A stretch of 64,000 nt of DNA, taken from positions 2,496,001 to 2,560,000 of the forward strand of contig OY762654.1 of assembly GCA_963666205.1 (NCBI GenBank), given 5' to 3'. The translations under genes and the position numbers were made by a program. A model generated the notes under the pieces. That model did not search any database, was not told where the DNA came from, and was given only the letters and a program-made list of their open reading frames with translations. The stretch is from Synergistales bacterium. GTDB lineage: Bacteria > Synergistota > Synergistia > Synergistales > JAFGMB01. Shown piece by piece: positions 26,174 through 36,853 of the stretch; within the stretch, counting starts at the first letter, position 1, and each line of letters opens with the position of its first letter.

Positions 26174-28342
26174 ATGGCAAAGACTACTGTGAAGAAAACA
26201 AAATCCACCAGTAAGAGCGCAAAAGGTAAAACTCTTGTGGTGGTGGAGTCGCCAACCAAAGCCCATACTCTTTCGAAAATCCTTGGATCCCGTTATATGG
26301 TCAAGGCCAGTATCGGCCACATACGTGATCTGCCTAAAAGCCGTATGGCTATAGATATAGATAATGATTTTCAACCAGAATATATCATTGTAAAAGGTAA
26401 GGCAAAATTGAAAAACGAACTTGTTAAAGCTGCTTCGGAATGTGAGAAGGTACTTCTCGCATCTGACCCTGACAGGGAGGGAGAGGCTATTGCCTGGCAT
26501 CTTGCGGATATTCTTGGAGTAGGGACGGAATCTTCCTCCAGGATAAGGATATACGAGATCACATCCAAGGCTGTAAAGGAAGCTGTTAACAATCCGGAAC
26601 CAATAGATATGAATAAGGTTAATGCACAACAGGCAAGGCGTATCCTGGACAGACTGGTAGGTTATACCCTGAGTCCTCTCCTATGGAAAAAGATCAGGTA
26701 CGGGCTTTCTGCGGGAAGAGTACAGTCAGTAGCACTAACCCTTATTTGTGACAGGGAAAAGGAGATCCAGGCTTTTATTCCCAGAGAATATTGGGTTGTC
26801 ACCGTTAATGCTTCAAGTGAAGATGGACGTGTGTACTCCCTAAAGGTCGAAAGTCTTGAAGGAAAATCTCTTCTGAAAGATGGTAAACCCTTTCTCGTTT
26901 CTAATGCAGAAGAAGCCGAAAAGATAGCACTGGAGATCTCCAGAAATGAAGTAATAGTTACTGGTTTCAATACTAAAACCAGTAACAGAAACGCCCTTCC
27001 TCCCTTTAAGACCAGTACCCTTCAACAGGAGGCAGCAAGAAGACTTTCCTTTTCCCCAAGGCGGACCATGAGGATAGCCCAGTCTCTTTTCGAAGGAGTT
27101 GCAGTACCAGGAAGGGGAACAACCGGGCTTATTACCTATATGAGAACTGACAGCCTCAGGCTTGCTCCTGAAGCCCTATCAATGGCCAGAAATTTTATTT
27201 CCAGCAGTTTTTCAGAAAAATATCTGCCGGAGAAACCTAACTTCTTTTCCTCAAAGGGAAGATCCCAGGATGCTCATGAAGCCATAAGACCTACTGATGT
27301 TACCCTTACTCCCGAATTTCTTGAGGATGTTCTTAACAAAGACCAGCACAAACTTTACTCGATAATATGGAAAAGATATCTCGCTTCGCAGATGGCACCT
27401 GCAGTGGTAGCCAGCAGTAGTCTTGATGCTGAAAGCGGGCCCTATGGTCTTCGTCAGACGGGAGCAAGTCTTATCTTTGATGGCTGGAGTGCTGTATGGC
27501 CTCTGGATCTCAAAGATGAAAGTCTCCCGATCGCTGAGACGGGGGAAAATCTGACTGTAGATTCTGTGGAAAAGGATCAGCGTTTCACTAAACCTCCTGT
27601 TCGCTATTCCGAAGCAAGATTGATAAAAACTCTGGAAGATAAGGGTGTTGGCCGTCCCTCCACCTATGCCACGATCGTTGAGACCCTTTATGACAGGGAC
27701 TATGTGGAAAAAGATGAAAATAAAAGGCTTATGCCAACTCCTCTGGGTATGACAGTTGATGGATTTCTTCTCAAGTATTTCAATGAGCAGAGCTCCTCTG
27801 CTATTGTAGATGTCAGCTTTACGGCCAGGATGGAAGAGAACCTTGATGATATTGAAGACAACAACAGGCAGTGGCTTGGTGTTATCTCTGACTTCTGGAA
27901 CGACTTCAGTAAAACAATGGATGTTGCTGAAAAGGCGGAGCGGGTTGCTCTGCCCCCCCCTGAGCCTATAGGTGAAGATTGCCCTGAGTGTGGAGAACCT
28001 CTGGTAAAGAAAAGAGGTAGATTTGGTGAATTCATTGCATGTTCGGGATACCCGAAGTGCAGATTCAGCAGGCCAATCCTGGACAAGATCGGTGTCAAGT
28101 GCCCCAAGTGCGGAGATACTGAGGGTGGCGAGGTAATAAAACGCAGAAGTAAAAAAGGCAAAAGAAGGACATTTTACGGATGCTCCCGCTATCCTGAGTG
28201 TGATTTCGTTTCCTGGGATGCTCCAACAGGGGATAATTGTCCTGAATGTGGTGGACCTATGTTCAAAAAACCTGGGAAAAAACATCCGATATGCCCGGAA
28301 TGTGGATCTGAAAAGGTGAAAAATACCGATAATGAAAAGTAA
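26174..28342 (+). CDS. topA: DNA topoisomerase I
   Basis: VVESPTKA, GHIRDLP, DPDREGEAI, SAGRVQS, LITYMRTDS, C-terminal Zn ribbons. Start ATG 26174 after GGAGG. Confidence 0.97.
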   Translation: MAKTTVKKTKSTSKSAKGKTLVVVESPTKAHTLSKILGSRYMVKASIGHIRDLPKSRMAIDIDNDFQPEYIIVKGKAKLKNELVKAASECEKVLLASDPDREGEAIAWHLADILGVGTESSSRIRIYEITSKAVKEAVNNPEPIDMNKVNAQQARRILDRLVGYTLSPLLWKKIRYGLSAGRVQSVALTLICDREKEIQAFIPREYWVVTVNASSEDGRVYSLKVESLEGKSLLKDGKPFLVSNAEEAEKIALEISRNEVIVTGFNTKTSNRNALPPFKTSTLQQEAARRLSFSPRRTMRIAQSLFEGVAVPGRGTTGLITYMRTDSLRLAPEALSMARNFISSSFSEKYLPEKPNFFSSKGRSQDAHEAIRPTDVTLTPEFLEDVLNKDQHKLYSIIWKRYLASQMAPAVVASSSLDAESGPYGLRQTGASLIFDGWSAVWPLDLKDESLPIAETGENLTVDSVEKDQRFTKPPVRYSEARLIKTLEDKGVGRPSTYATIVETLYDRDYVEKDENKRLMPTPLGMTVDGFLLKYFNEQSSSAIVDVSFTARMEENLDDIEDNNRQWLGVISDFWNDFSKTMDVAEKAERVALPPPEPIGEDCPECGEPLVKKRGRFGEFIACSGYPKCRFSRPILDKIGVKCPKCGDTEGGEVIKRRSKKGKRRTFYGCSRYPECDFVSWDAPTGDNCPECGGPMFKKPGKKHPICPECGSEKVKNTDNEK

Positions 28343-29660
28343 TATTTACCCCCAAACCGTAACAGTAGTAGGTGGAGGTCTGGCTGGAAGCGAGGCAGCA
28401 TGGCAACTGGCAACCAAAGGTATACGTGTTCTTCTTTATGAAATGAGACCGCTGTCTTTCACTCCGGCCCACCAGACCGGGAAATTTGCAGAACTTGTTT
28501 GCAGTAACTCTCTGGGTGCTGATGCCTTGACGAGTCCCGGAGGGATACTCAAGGCAGAAATGAGGAAGATGAATAGTCTGATAATGGATTGTGCCGATCA
28601 TTCCTCCGTTCCTGCGGGGAATGCCCTGGCAGTAGATAGAGAGATCTTTGCTGATCTTGTTACAGAAAAGATCTCTACTCATCCTTTGATCACTGTCGAA
28701 AGGAAAAACTGTATTTCCATCCCTGAGGGACCATCAATAATCGCTACGGGTCCCCTTACCAGCCCTGAATTTTCAAAAGAACTAAGTTCTTTAACAGGAG
28801 GAGAATATCTTTATTTTTTCGATGCGGTAGCTCCGGTTATTCTGCTCGAATCTGTTGATATGGACAAGGCTTTCTGGGGAGGAAGATATGGAAGGGGAAA
28901 TGATTACCTAAATTGTCCGATGAACGAAGATGAATATGATGCATTTCAGGAAGCTCTCATATCTGCAGAGGTAGCCCCGAGACATGAGTTTGAACGGGAT
29001 CTTCGTTATTTCGAGGGATGTCTTCCCATTGAGATCATAGCCTCGAGAGGTAAGGATACACTGCGTTTCGGACCTCTGAAACCTGTTGGACTTCCGGACC
29101 CATCTACAGGTAAAGAAGCTTTTGCTGTTGTTCAGCTAAGACAGGACAACAGGGAAGGAACTCTTTATAACATGGTGGGATTTCAGACAAACCTCAAATG
29201 GGGAGAACAGGAGAAAGTTTTAAGAATGATCCCTGCCCTTGCTCATGCTGAATTTGCCCGTCTTGGAGTGATGCACAGAAACATATATGTAAATGCTCCC
29301 ATTGTTCTGGATCAATATCTCAGGCTTAAGGCCCGGAATGATGTTTTTCTTGCAGGCCAGATAACAGGTGTGGAAGGTTACATGGAAAGTTCTGCCATGG
29401 GACTTGTTGCTGGTCTTAATATGACTGCATTCCTTATGGATAGGGAGATGCTCAGCTGGCCCCGTGAAACTGCTATTGGTTCCCTTCTGAATTATCTCTC
29501 TGATGCGGACCCTGAATCTTTCAGACCCATGAACGTTAACCTTGGAATCCTTCCCAAACTTGAGATGAAGATCCGGAAACGCCCGGAAAGATGCCAGGCT
29601 GTTGCCGAAAGGGCTTGCGGAGCCCTGGATCGTTTCATCGCTTCACTAGAGCAAAATTAA
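28332..29660 (+). CDS. trmFO: Folate/FAD-dependent tRNA m5U54 methyltransferase
   Basis: GGGLAGSEAAWQ, AELVCSNSL, FEGCLPIE, AGQITGVEGY. Confidence 0.96.
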   Translation: MKSNIYPQTVTVVGGGLAGSEAAWQLATKGIRVLLYEMRPLSFTPAHQTGKFAELVCSNSLGADALTSPGGILKAEMRKMNSLIMDCADHSSVPAGNALAVDREIFADLVTEKISTHPLITVERKNCISIPEGPSIIATGPLTSPEFSKELSSLTGGEYLYFFDAVAPVILLESVDMDKAFWGGRYGRGNDYLNCPMNEDEYDAFQEALISAEVAPRHEFERDLRYFEGCLPIEIIASRGKDTLRFGPLKPVGLPDPSTGKEAFAVVQLRQDNREGTLYNMVGFQTNLKWGEQEKVLRMIPALAHAEFARLGVMHRNIYVNAPIVLDQYLRLKARNDVFLAGQITGVEGYMESSAMGLVAGLNMTAFLMDREMLSWPRETAIGSLLNYLSDADPESFRPMNVNLGILPKLEMKIRKRPERCQAVAERACGALDRFIASLEQN

Positions 29661-29774
29661 CTCTATTGTTATCCTTCCTGTTTTCTTCCTCGAATAGTTT
29701 ATGTTCAAAATTCTGGCAAAACTTTATTATTCGACAGTTTCGAATAGTAGTGAGAATCTAGAAAATAGTGTAAA

Positions 29775-30671
29775 ATGATGTCTATGGAAGAAAAATTATC
29801 AGCAAAGGTGGATTCTTTCCTTAATCATCTAAGAGTTGGGATGAAATCCTCAGAACATACCGTTACGAACTATGCTGTGGATCTTTCCCAGTTTATGGAT
29901 TATCTGGATAATGAAGGTGTTAAGGAACCTGATGAAATAACCAGGCAGCATATTCGTTCCTTTATAAGAGATATTCTGGGTTTCGGTTACGCCAGAACCT
30001 CCGCTGCAAGGAAACTGTCAGCGATCAAGGGATGGCTCGTTTACCTGATGGACAGGGGAGAGATCGGATCTGATCCATCAATGGGGATCAGGGGGCCCAA
30101 GTTGCCATCTGTCCTTCCCAGGGCTCTTCCCAGGGAAGATGTTTCCATGATGCTTGAAAAGGGTGTCGAAGGTGAAAATTTCCATAGAGACAGAGCAGTA
30201 CTCGAACTTTTATATGGTAGCGGTTTAAGAATTGCAGAGGTCGCCTCGATACGTTGGGGTGATCTCGATGTTGTTGAGAGGTGGATCCGGATAAAGGGCA
30301 AGGGTAACAAGGAAAGAATAGTGCCCTTGGGATCTTATTCTATAAAGGCTCTTGAAGAATGGAAGCAATGTCCTTCCGAACCAGGAGAATTTCTTTTTCC
30401 AGGAAGGAATGGAGGACATATAACAGTAAGAACGATTTCCCGCATAGTGAAAAAAGCTGCAATGAGAGTGGGTTTATCCGGAGTTACCCCACACATGCTC
30501 AGACACAGTTTTGCTACCCATATGCTTGAGGGAGGGGCCTCCCTGAGGGTTCTTCAGGAACTATTGGGTCACGAAAGTCTTGCTACGACCCAGAGGTATC
30601 TTACTGTAACAGCAGAACATCTTAAGAAAAGTTACCTTGAAGCCCATCCACGGGCTGGAGGAGAGGATTGA
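29775..30671 (+). CDS. xerC: Tyrosine recombinase XerC (CodV)
   Basis: [40 protein letters not shown]; trmFO-xerC-hslVU-codY synteny. Confidence 0.9.
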   Translation: MMSMEEKLSAKVDSFLNHLRVGMKSSEHTVTNYAVDLSQFMDYLDNEGVKEPDEITRQHIRSFIRDILGFGYARTSAARKLSAIKGWLVYLMDRGEIGSDPSMGIRGPKLPSVLPRALPREDVSMMLEKGVEGENFHRDRAVLELLYGSGLRIAEVASIRWGDLDVVERWIRIKGKGNKERIVPLGSYSIKALEEWKQCPSEPGEFLFPGRNGGHITVRTISRIVKKAAMRVGLSGVTPHMLRHSFATHMLEGGASLRVLQELLGHESLATTQRYLTVTAEHLKKSYLEAHPRAGGED

Positions 30672-30672
30672 T

Positions 30673-31203
30673 TTGTTCAAAGGCACTACCATTTTGTGTG
30701 TGAGGAAAGGAAATCAGGTAGCCATGGCCGGTGATGGCCAGGTTACCTTGGGAGAACAGATTATAAAAGCCGGAGCTCGTAAGGTCAGACGCCTTTACGA
30801 CGGGAATGTCCTGGCAGGGTTCGCCGGAAGTACGGCTGATGCCATGACCCTTATGGAAAGATTTGAAAAAAGACTTGACGAATACAGCGGCAACCTTATG
30901 AGAGCTGCGGTTGAAATGGTTAAGGATTGGAGGATGGATCGTGCCCTGAGGAGACTTGAAGCCATGATGCTTGTCGCTGATGGAGAACAGACCCTTCTTC
31001 TTTCAGGTGCAGGTGATATTCTGGAACCTGAGAATAATGTTGCTGCTATAGGTTCTGGAGCAGGGTTTGCCCTGTCTTCTGCCAGGGCATTTATGGAAGG
31101 AAGCGACTGGGCTGCTGAAAGGATAGCCAGGAGGTCCATAGAGCTTGCTTCCGAGATCTGTATTTATACGGATAATGTTGTAACAGTGGAGGTGTTGGGC
31201 TGA
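30673..31203 (+). CDS. hslV: ATP-dependent protease subunit HslV
   Basis: [33 protein letters not shown]. Start placed at TTG 30673. Confidence 0.95.
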   Translation: MFKGTTILCVRKGNQVAMAGDGQVTLGEQIIKAGARKVRRLYDGNVLAGFAGSTADAMTLMERFEKRLDEYSGNLMRAAVEMVKDWRMDRALRRLEAMMLVADGEQTLLLSGAGDILEPENNVAAIGSGAGFALSSARAFMEGSDWAAERIARRSIELASEICIYTDNVVTVEVLG

Positions 31204-32621
31204 TGTCTATAATGACTGAAATGGGCCTTACTCCATCAAGCATCGTTGAATTTCTGGATCGATACATTGTAGGCCAGGATAAGGCCAAGAGAGCTGTTGC
31301 CATTGCATTGAGGAACCGCATTCGGAGAAGAATGCTTCCTGAGGAAATGGCTAGAGAAATTGCGCCTAAGAATATTCTGATGGTAGGGCCTACCGGGGTC
31401 GGAAAAACAGAGATCGCCAGAAGACTTGCAGAACTTGTAAAGGCTCCATTTGTGAAGGTAGAGGCTACCAAGTTTACCGAAGTGGGTTATGTGGGTAGAG
31501 ATGTCGAATCCATTATCCGGGATCTCACTGAAGCCTCCATTCAGATGGTCAAGAAGCATAAAATGGAAGAAGTCCAGGTTCAGGCTGCTGAATTGGCTGA
31601 ACAGAGGTTAGTCGATTTTCTCCTTCCACAACCCAAAAAGAGATCGATGGTCCCTGATTTTATGAAGGTTTTTACCGGGGGGGAACAGGAGAAGGTGAAA
31701 GAGGAAGAAGAACCAGGAGTGGAAGAGGAAGACAGAATCAGAGAATCCACGAGGAACAAGCTTTTTGCCATGTTACGGGCTGGGAAATTTGATGATAGAG
31801 AAGTGGAGATAGAGGTCCAGGAGAGTTCTCAGATGGGCATTCCCATACTTGGGGGAGCTGGCCTTGATTCGATGGGCATCGATATTGGTGAGATGCTGGG
31901 AGGAATGCTTCCCAAAAAGACAAAGAGAAGAAGAATGAAAGTTTCTCAGGCAAGACGGGTTATTCAGTCCGAAGAAGCAGAGAAACTCATCGATATGGAA
32001 GAGGTTACACGGATCGCCCTTGAAAAGGTGCAGCAGGAGGGGATCGTTTTTCTCGATGAGATAGATAAAGTTGTGGCTAGAGGATCTGCGGGAGGCCCTG
32101 ATGTAAGCAGGGAAGGAGTTCAGAGAGATCTTCTACCGGTCGTAGAGGGGTGTCCTGTCCAGACAAAATATGGGACTGTCCATACGGACCATATTCTTTT
32201 TATAAGTGCTGGAGCATTTCAGAAGGTAAAACCCTCAGATCTTGTTCCGGAACTCCAGGGTCGCTTCCCCATAAGGGTTGAATTGCAGGCTCTTTCGAAA
32301 GAAGATCTTTCAAAGATACTTGTGGAGCCCGAGAATAGTCTGATAAAGCAGTATCAGGCTCTTCTGGGAACCGAGAAGATAAATCTGGTGTTTACAGATG
32401 ATGGCATCAGAGCTATATCTCTATTTGCAGAAAAAATAAACCATGAAATGGAGAATATTGGTGCAAGAAGATTGCATACAATGATAGAACAGCTTCTGGA
32501 AGATATAAGCTTCAATGCTCCTGAGCATGAAGATGAAACTCTTTCTATAGATGAAGCTTTTGTTAATGACAAACTGGGATCTCTGGTTAAAGATACGGAT
32601 ATACGCAGATATCTGCTCTAA
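31203..32621 (+). CDS. hslU: ATP-dependent protease ATPase HslU
   Basis: [48 protein letters not shown]-terminal RYLL. Confidence 0.97.
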   Translation: MSIMTEMGLTPSSIVEFLDRYIVGQDKAKRAVAIALRNRIRRRMLPEEMAREIAPKNILMVGPTGVGKTEIARRLAELVKAPFVKVEATKFTEVGYVGRDVESIIRDLTEASIQMVKKHKMEEVQVQAAELAEQRLVDFLLPQPKKRSMVPDFMKVFTGGEQEKVKEEEEPGVEEEDRIRESTRNKLFAMLRAGKFDDREVEIEVQESSQMGIPILGGAGLDSMGIDIGEMLGGMLPKKTKRRRMKVSQARRVIQSEEAEKLIDMEEVTRIALEKVQQEGIVFLDEIDKVVARGSAGGPDVSREGVQRDLLPVVEGCPVQTKYGTVHTDHILFISAGAFQKVKPSDLVPELQGRFPIRVELQALSKEDLSKILVEPENSLIKQYQALLGTEKINLVFTDDGIRAISLFAEKINHEMENIGARRLHTMIEQLLEDISFNAPEHEDETLSIDEAFVNDKLGSLVKDTDIRRYLL

Positions 32622-32657
32622 CTATTAAATTATTAATTTTCAGGAGGGATTTGTACA

Positions 32658-33491
32658 ATGGTAAAGGAAGAAAAAAACATGTTAAACGACAGCCATATAA
32701 TAGATGAAGGTCACGAGATGAGGGATCTTCTGGAAAAGACAAGGCTTGTCGGAAGGGCCCTTCAGAGTAGGAGAGAAGGGACCAAGCCTGATTACAGTAA
32801 ACTTGCCAAGCTTCTATGTGAGTTTATGACCGCTAATGTTTATATTATCAACAGGGATGGGCGTATCCTGGGGCATTCCTGGATAACTGAATACCGCTCC
32901 AATACGATCCTGCAATTTCTGCACAATGGATTTATGCCTGAAAGCTTTGTTGAAAAAATGAACCAGCACAGGGAATCATACATCAGTGAAACTGATGGTT
33001 ACCTTTTTGATGATGTAGATACTGGCAATACGCCGGAAAAACATCTACTTTATGTACCCATCTATGGCTCGGCAGAGCGTCTGGGAACTCTATTCCTCGT
33101 CCGTTTCTTCGATCTTTTCACTACAAAGGATCTTATCCTTGCTGAATACCTTGCTACCCTTGTGGGAATTGAAATACTTCATGACAGGACGAGAAGTATT
33201 GAAGAGAGAGCGAGAGAAAGGCTTGTTGTACAGATGGCCATGCGAGCCCTTTCGTATTCGGAAGTAGAATCTGTCAAGCATATAATCAAAGAACTTGGAA
33301 CCTATGAAGGGGTAGTTATCGCAAGTAGAGTAGCAGATAGAGTCGGTGTTACAAGAAGTGTGATAGTAAATGCCTTGAGAAAGCTGGAAAGTGCTGGCAT
33401 AATTGAGAGTAGAAGTCTGGGTATGAAGGGCACATTCATCAAAGTCCTGAGTCCCCTGTTTGTTGAAGAACTGGGTATTTTCAACGATTAA
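32658..33491 (+). CDS. codY: GTP/BCAA-sensing pleiotropic regulator CodY
   Basis: LSYSE, ASRVADRVGVTRSVIVNALRKLESAGIIESRSLGMKGT. Confidence 0.96.
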   Translation: MVKEEKNMLNDSHIIDEGHEMRDLLEKTRLVGRALQSRREGTKPDYSKLAKLLCEFMTANVYIINRDGRILGHSWITEYRSNTILQFLHNGFMPESFVEKMNQHRESYISETDGYLFDDVDTGNTPEKHLLYVPIYGSAERLGTLFLVRFFDLFTTKDLILAEYLATLVGIEILHDRTRSIEERARERLVVQMAMRALSYSEVESVKHIIKELGTYEGVVIASRVADRVGVTRSVIVNALRKLESAGIIESRSLGMKGTFIKVLSPLFVEELGIFND

Positions 33492-33589
33492 TTTCAGGAA
33501 CAGAAAAAATTTCTTTCTGTCTGACAAGAGGTTTAAAGGGGTATATCCATGTGCTGGTCTGAAAAAACATTATTCACCCGACGATATTC

Positions 33590-33598
33590 TGGTATAAT
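33590..33598 (+). promoter_or_regulatory. Extended -10 promoter upstream of the S1-domain gene
   Basis: TG-G-TATAAT. Confidence 0.55.
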
Positions 33599-33765
33599 TC
33601 CCCTAATAGTCCCTTTTCGCCAATTCCTGAAGGAATTATACGTCTGGTTTATATGGCCGGAGGTGGTATGTCCATAGTGTAAACCGTCTTTGACTATTGG
33701 ATTTTCTGTTGATCATCATTAAAGATCCTGTATTTTTATTTTTCAGTTGGAGGTTCGATTTTCAC

Positions 33766-34209
33766 ATGTTAGAAGAGAAAGTTCAAAATAACTTACCCGT
33801 CGAAGTGGGAGAAGTTGTTGAATGTACGGTGGAGCAGGTCATGCCATATGGTGCTTTTGTGCGCCTTGCATCGGGGCAAAAAGGAATGATCCACATTTCG
33901 GAGCTGTCTTACAAGTACGTAAAAAAAGTAGAGGATGTTATAAACGCTAATGAAAAAATATCCGCCAAGATCATCAAAGTGGATGAGAAGGGACGGATAG
34001 ATCTCTCTATCAAACAGATGGAAGAGCCGCCTTCAAGGTCCACAAGGCCGCCCCGAGCGCCCCGTAAGGAGCCTGTTAGTTCAGGTCCGGAAAGTTTTGA
34101 AAAAAAGCTGTCTTCCTTTATGAAGGTCAGTGAGATGAAGATAGCAGATATCAACAACAGGGCGAATAATGCAAGATCGGGAAAGAAAAGGCCGAAGAAA
34201 CCCAAATGA
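33766..34209 (+). CDS. Single S1-domain RNA-binding protein (YabR/GSP13-like)
   Basis: VEVGEVVECTVEQVMPYGAFV...GMIHISELS...RIDLSIK...SFEKKLSSFMK. ATG 33766 follows GGAGG. Confidence 0.88.
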   Translation: MLEEKVQNNLPVEVGEVVECTVEQVMPYGAFVRLASGQKGMIHISELSYKYVKKVEDVINANEKISAKIIKVDEKGRIDLSIKQMEEPPSRSTRPPRAPRKEPVSSGPESFEKKLSSFMKVSEMKIADINNRANNARSGKKRPKKPK

Positions 34210-34826
34210 ATCATTATATGACGAACAGAAAAAGGGGCGAAAGCCCCCTTTTTTGTCCTTCCCGGTCGACTCCCCCGGATATCGAGGCTATAAAAAGACA
34301 GATGGAAAAACGCAACTTTTCCCCATCCATTATAGTTGCAACAGCCAAACGATGTATCTGGGGTTTCCCTCAGGTCATAATATGCAGACCGGTTTTCAGA
34401 CTTAAACCCTTTCCCACTACTTTCTGGCTTACATGTCCCTGGCTTGTTAAAAAATGTGGAGAATGGGAATCCCGAGGTGGGGTCAAATCCCTTGAACTAT
34501 TCATGTTGAACAGAAAAGAAACATGGTCTGAATATAACATGTACCTAAGAACAATAAGAATGTCCCTTCTTTCCCGGGGAGAAAGAAAATTTCTTAGAAT
34601 TTACGAGAGGAACAAGTGGGAAAGCCTAAACCGTTCGATAATAGGGGGAATAAGGGAAAACACAACGCCGACAATGAAGTGTCTTCATCTTCAGGTGGGA
34701 GCATGGCTTGCTCTGGGCTTCCATCCGGGTGGTAAATGGCTTGTGAAACATTTCCCCTTCGTAAATTGTGATAGTGCATGTGATTTCCCCTGCGGCAGTT
34801 GTGGAAAACACAGGAGAGGAAAATAA
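34206..34826 (+). CDS. DUF501 family protein
   Basis: RCIWGFPQV, PFPTTFWLTCPWL, ESRGGV, KCLH; adjacent to ppx. Confidence 0.8.
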   Translation: MNHYMTNRKRGESPLFCPSRSTPPDIEAIKRQMEKRNFSPSIIVATAKRCIWGFPQVIICRPVFRLKPFPTTFWLTCPWLVKKCGEWESRGGVKSLELFMLNRKETWSEYNMYLRTIRMSLLSRGERKFLRIYERNKWESLNRSIIGGIRENTTPTMKCLHLQVGAWLALGFHPGGKWLVKHFPFVNCDSACDFPCGSCGKHRRGK

Positions 34827-34827
34827 T

Positions 34828-35733
34828 TTGATATTTGCTTCTGTCGATATAGGTTCTAATTCTGTAAGGCACCTGGTAGTTGAAGAAAATAATGGAAGAT
34901 TACATTATCTTTCCTCTTCTTCCCAAATTACCAGAATAACCGAAGGAATTAGAGAAGGTAATACTATGCTTCTGGATCATGCTGTTTCCAGGACCCTTAA
35001 TGCTGTATCGAAAGTCATAAAAGAACTGGATCACTATGGCATTCCCTGTGAAAATAGATTTCTTTTCGCTACGGAATCTCTTCGTGCTGCCTCCAACAGC
35101 CATGCTGTTATCAGAAGAATTGAGGAAGTAGCGGGTATCCATCTGGATGTGCTGTCAGGAGAAGAAGAAGCAAGGAGGAGTTTCAGGGGGGCAGTTTCTT
35201 CATTCGGGTGTGATTCGGTTGTTTTTGACCTTGGTGGAGGAAGCCTAGAGATCTGTACCTCAAATGGAGGTATTTCCTTTCCCCTCGGGGCAGTTAGAAT
35301 GACTAATATGTTCGGTCATGACTCTTCTGGATTGAGAGAATATGTACGAGCTACCTTGAATGGTCTGGATATTGGTTCTGACAGAAGGATAGTCGGGCTT
35401 GGAGGGACTTCTTCCTCCATCGCGATGATGTTGAAACGCATACCTGTAGAGGCCTATTCGCCCTCTAAGATCCATGGATCTGAGATAAAACATTCAGACC
35501 TGATTAAACTGGCAACCCTTTTCAGGAAACCGTTTACAGAAAGAATTGGCGTGATCGGTCTTGACCCCCGCCGAGCTGATATAATACTGGCAGGGATTGT
35601 TACAATCACCACATTGGTAGAATTTCTTGAAGTGTCATCATATATCCATAGTGAGACAGATCTATTATGGGGAACCATAATGGAAATCCTTGAAGAAAGA
35701 ACTATACTGTTTGAGGAGATAAGTTTCCAGTGA
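34828..35733 (+). CDS. ppx: Ppx/GppA family phosphatase
   Basis: VDIGSNS, ATESLRAASN, LSGEEEA, DLGGGSLE, GLGGT, RADIILAG. Start placed at TTG 34828. Confidence 0.88.
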   Translation: MIFASVDIGSNSVRHLVVEENNGRLHYLSSSSQITRITEGIREGNTMLLDHAVSRTLNAVSKVIKELDHYGIPCENRFLFATESLRAASNSHAVIRRIEEVAGIHLDVLSGEEEARRSFRGAVSSFGCDSVVFDLGGGSLEICTSNGGISFPLGAVRMTNMFGHDSSGLREYVRATLNGLDIGSDRRIVGLGGTSSSIAMMLKRIPVEAYSPSKIHGSEIKHSDLIKLATLFRKPFTERIGVIGLDPRRADIILAGIVTITTLVEFLEVSSYIHSETDLLWGTIMEILEERTILFEEISFQ

Positions 35734-35790
35734 TAAAAAGATTTTGATATTTTCTTGAAGTTATTTTATAAATATAGTTAGATTCAACTC

Positions 35791-35819
35791 TTGACACACA
35801 AGGCTACCATGTATATACT
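35791..35819 (+). promoter_or_regulatory. tRNA operon promoter
   Basis: TTGACA, N17, TATACT, with an AT-rich upstream region. Confidence 0.8.
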
Positions 35820-35834
35820 TTTCGAGCTTGATAT

Positions 35835-35910
35835 GAGCCGTTAGCTCAGCTGGCAGAGCACCGGACTTTTAATCCGGGTGTCGTGGGTTCGAATCCCACA
35901 CGGCTCACCA
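35835..35910 (+). tRNA. tRNA-Lys(UUU)
   Basis: 76 nt; CCGGA-CT-TTT-AA-TCCGG anticodon arm, GGTTCGAATCC, CCA. Confidence 0.96.
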
Positions 35911-35917
35911 CTAAAGC

Positions 35918-35993
35918 GGTCCCATCGTCCAGAGGCCTAGGACACAGCCCTTTCAAGGCTGCGACACGGGTTCGAATCCCGTTGGGACCGCCA
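35918..35993 (+). tRNA. tRNA-Glu(UUC)
   Basis: 76 nt; CAGCC-CT-TTC-AA-GGCTG, CCA. Confidence 0.96.
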
Positions 35994-36016
35994 TTTTTTT
36001 ATCATAATACGAAAAC

Positions 36017-36092
36017 GCCGGTGTAGCTCAGCTGGTAGAGCAGCGCACTCGTAATGCGCAGGTCGGCGGTTCAAGTCCGCCCGCCGGCTCCA
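36017..36092 (+). tRNA. tRNA-Thr(CGU)
   Basis: 76 nt; GCGCA-CT-CGT-AA-TGCGC, CCA. Confidence 0.96.
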
Positions 36093-36106
36093 TCCTTGAA
36101 TTCCAG

Positions 36107-36136
36107 GTCACTCTGTACAGAGAGTGACTTTTTTTT
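36107..36136 (+). terminator. tRNA operon terminator
   Basis: GTCACTCT-GTACAG-AGAGTGAC followed by T8. Confidence 0.85.
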
Positions 36137-36199
36137 ATGGATAAAAAGATTCTCCTTTCTATTGTTGATCGATAAGGTTCTGAGACAAGGAGGCCTGTT

Positions 36200-36853
36200 T
36201 TGCTTTTAAAACGATTAATGCTTGTCCGTCATGGAGAAACAGACTGGAACAGTTCCATGAAATATCAGGGTTCGAGCAACATCCCCCTTAATGCTGTCGG
36301 CAGGGAACAGGCTCGCAGAACATCACTGAGATTGGCCGGAGGCTTATGGGAACGGATAATTTCAAGTCCCCAGGCAAGGGCGATGGAAACATCGAAGATA
36401 ATTGCCGGATCTCTGCTGAACGGAAATACAGTCCAGATTCACCCCGCTCTTTCCGAGATAGGTTTTGGAGCCTGGGAGGGAATGTCTGTTACGCAAATAG
36501 AGGAAAAATATGGGAAATACTACCACAGGTGGCGAGAAGACCCCTCTCGATACACCCCCCCGGGGGGTGAGTGCTTTCACCATGCCCTGCATAGAGTTTC
36601 CAATGCTTTCAATGAGATGCTTTCATTGGATGCAGAGAGGATACTTGTCATATGTCACGGTGGTACCATACGCCTGACCCTGGTCCATCTGCTTGGAATG
36701 GATCCGTCCCTTGTATGGAGAATGAAAATAAACAATTGTTCTCTTTCAGGGATCGATGTCTGGGAAAGGGGATCTTCCCTTGCGTTTTTAAACGATCAGT
36801 TACATATCCTTGCCGATGAAAATACACTTACATCTTTACCGATCCCTTTTTAG
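36200..36853 (+). CDS. Histidine phosphatase (CobC/phosphoglycerate mutase-like)
   Basis: LVRHGETDWN, SSPQARA, EIGFGAWEG, CHGGTI. Confidence 0.92.
   Translation: MLLKRLMLVRHGETDWNSSMKYQGSSNIPLNAVGREQARRTSLRLAGGLWERIISSPQARAMETSKIIAGSLLNGNTVQIHPALSEIGFGAWEGMSVTQIEEKYGKYYHRWREDPSRYTPPGGECFHHALHRVSNAFNEMLSLDAERILVICHGGTIRLTLVHLLGMDPSLVWRMKINNCSLSGIDVWERGSSLAFLNDQLHILADENTLTSLPIPF

Noticed and set aside
27251-28285. 344-aa antisense ORF within topA, and other short overlapping ORFs in the track
   Set aside because: They fully overlap well-supported genes, have atypical composition and show no domain signal.
29775-30671. Tyrosine recombinase as a mobile-element integrase
   Set aside because: It sits in the conserved trmFO-xerC-hslV-hslU-codY operon, with no att sites or cargo.
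36553-36569. C7G6 palindromic run in the phosphatase gene; also C8 in topA (27953-27960) and G7 near 620
   Set aside because: The frames are intact and the runs encode ordinary Pro/Gly codons, so there is no evidence of phase variation.
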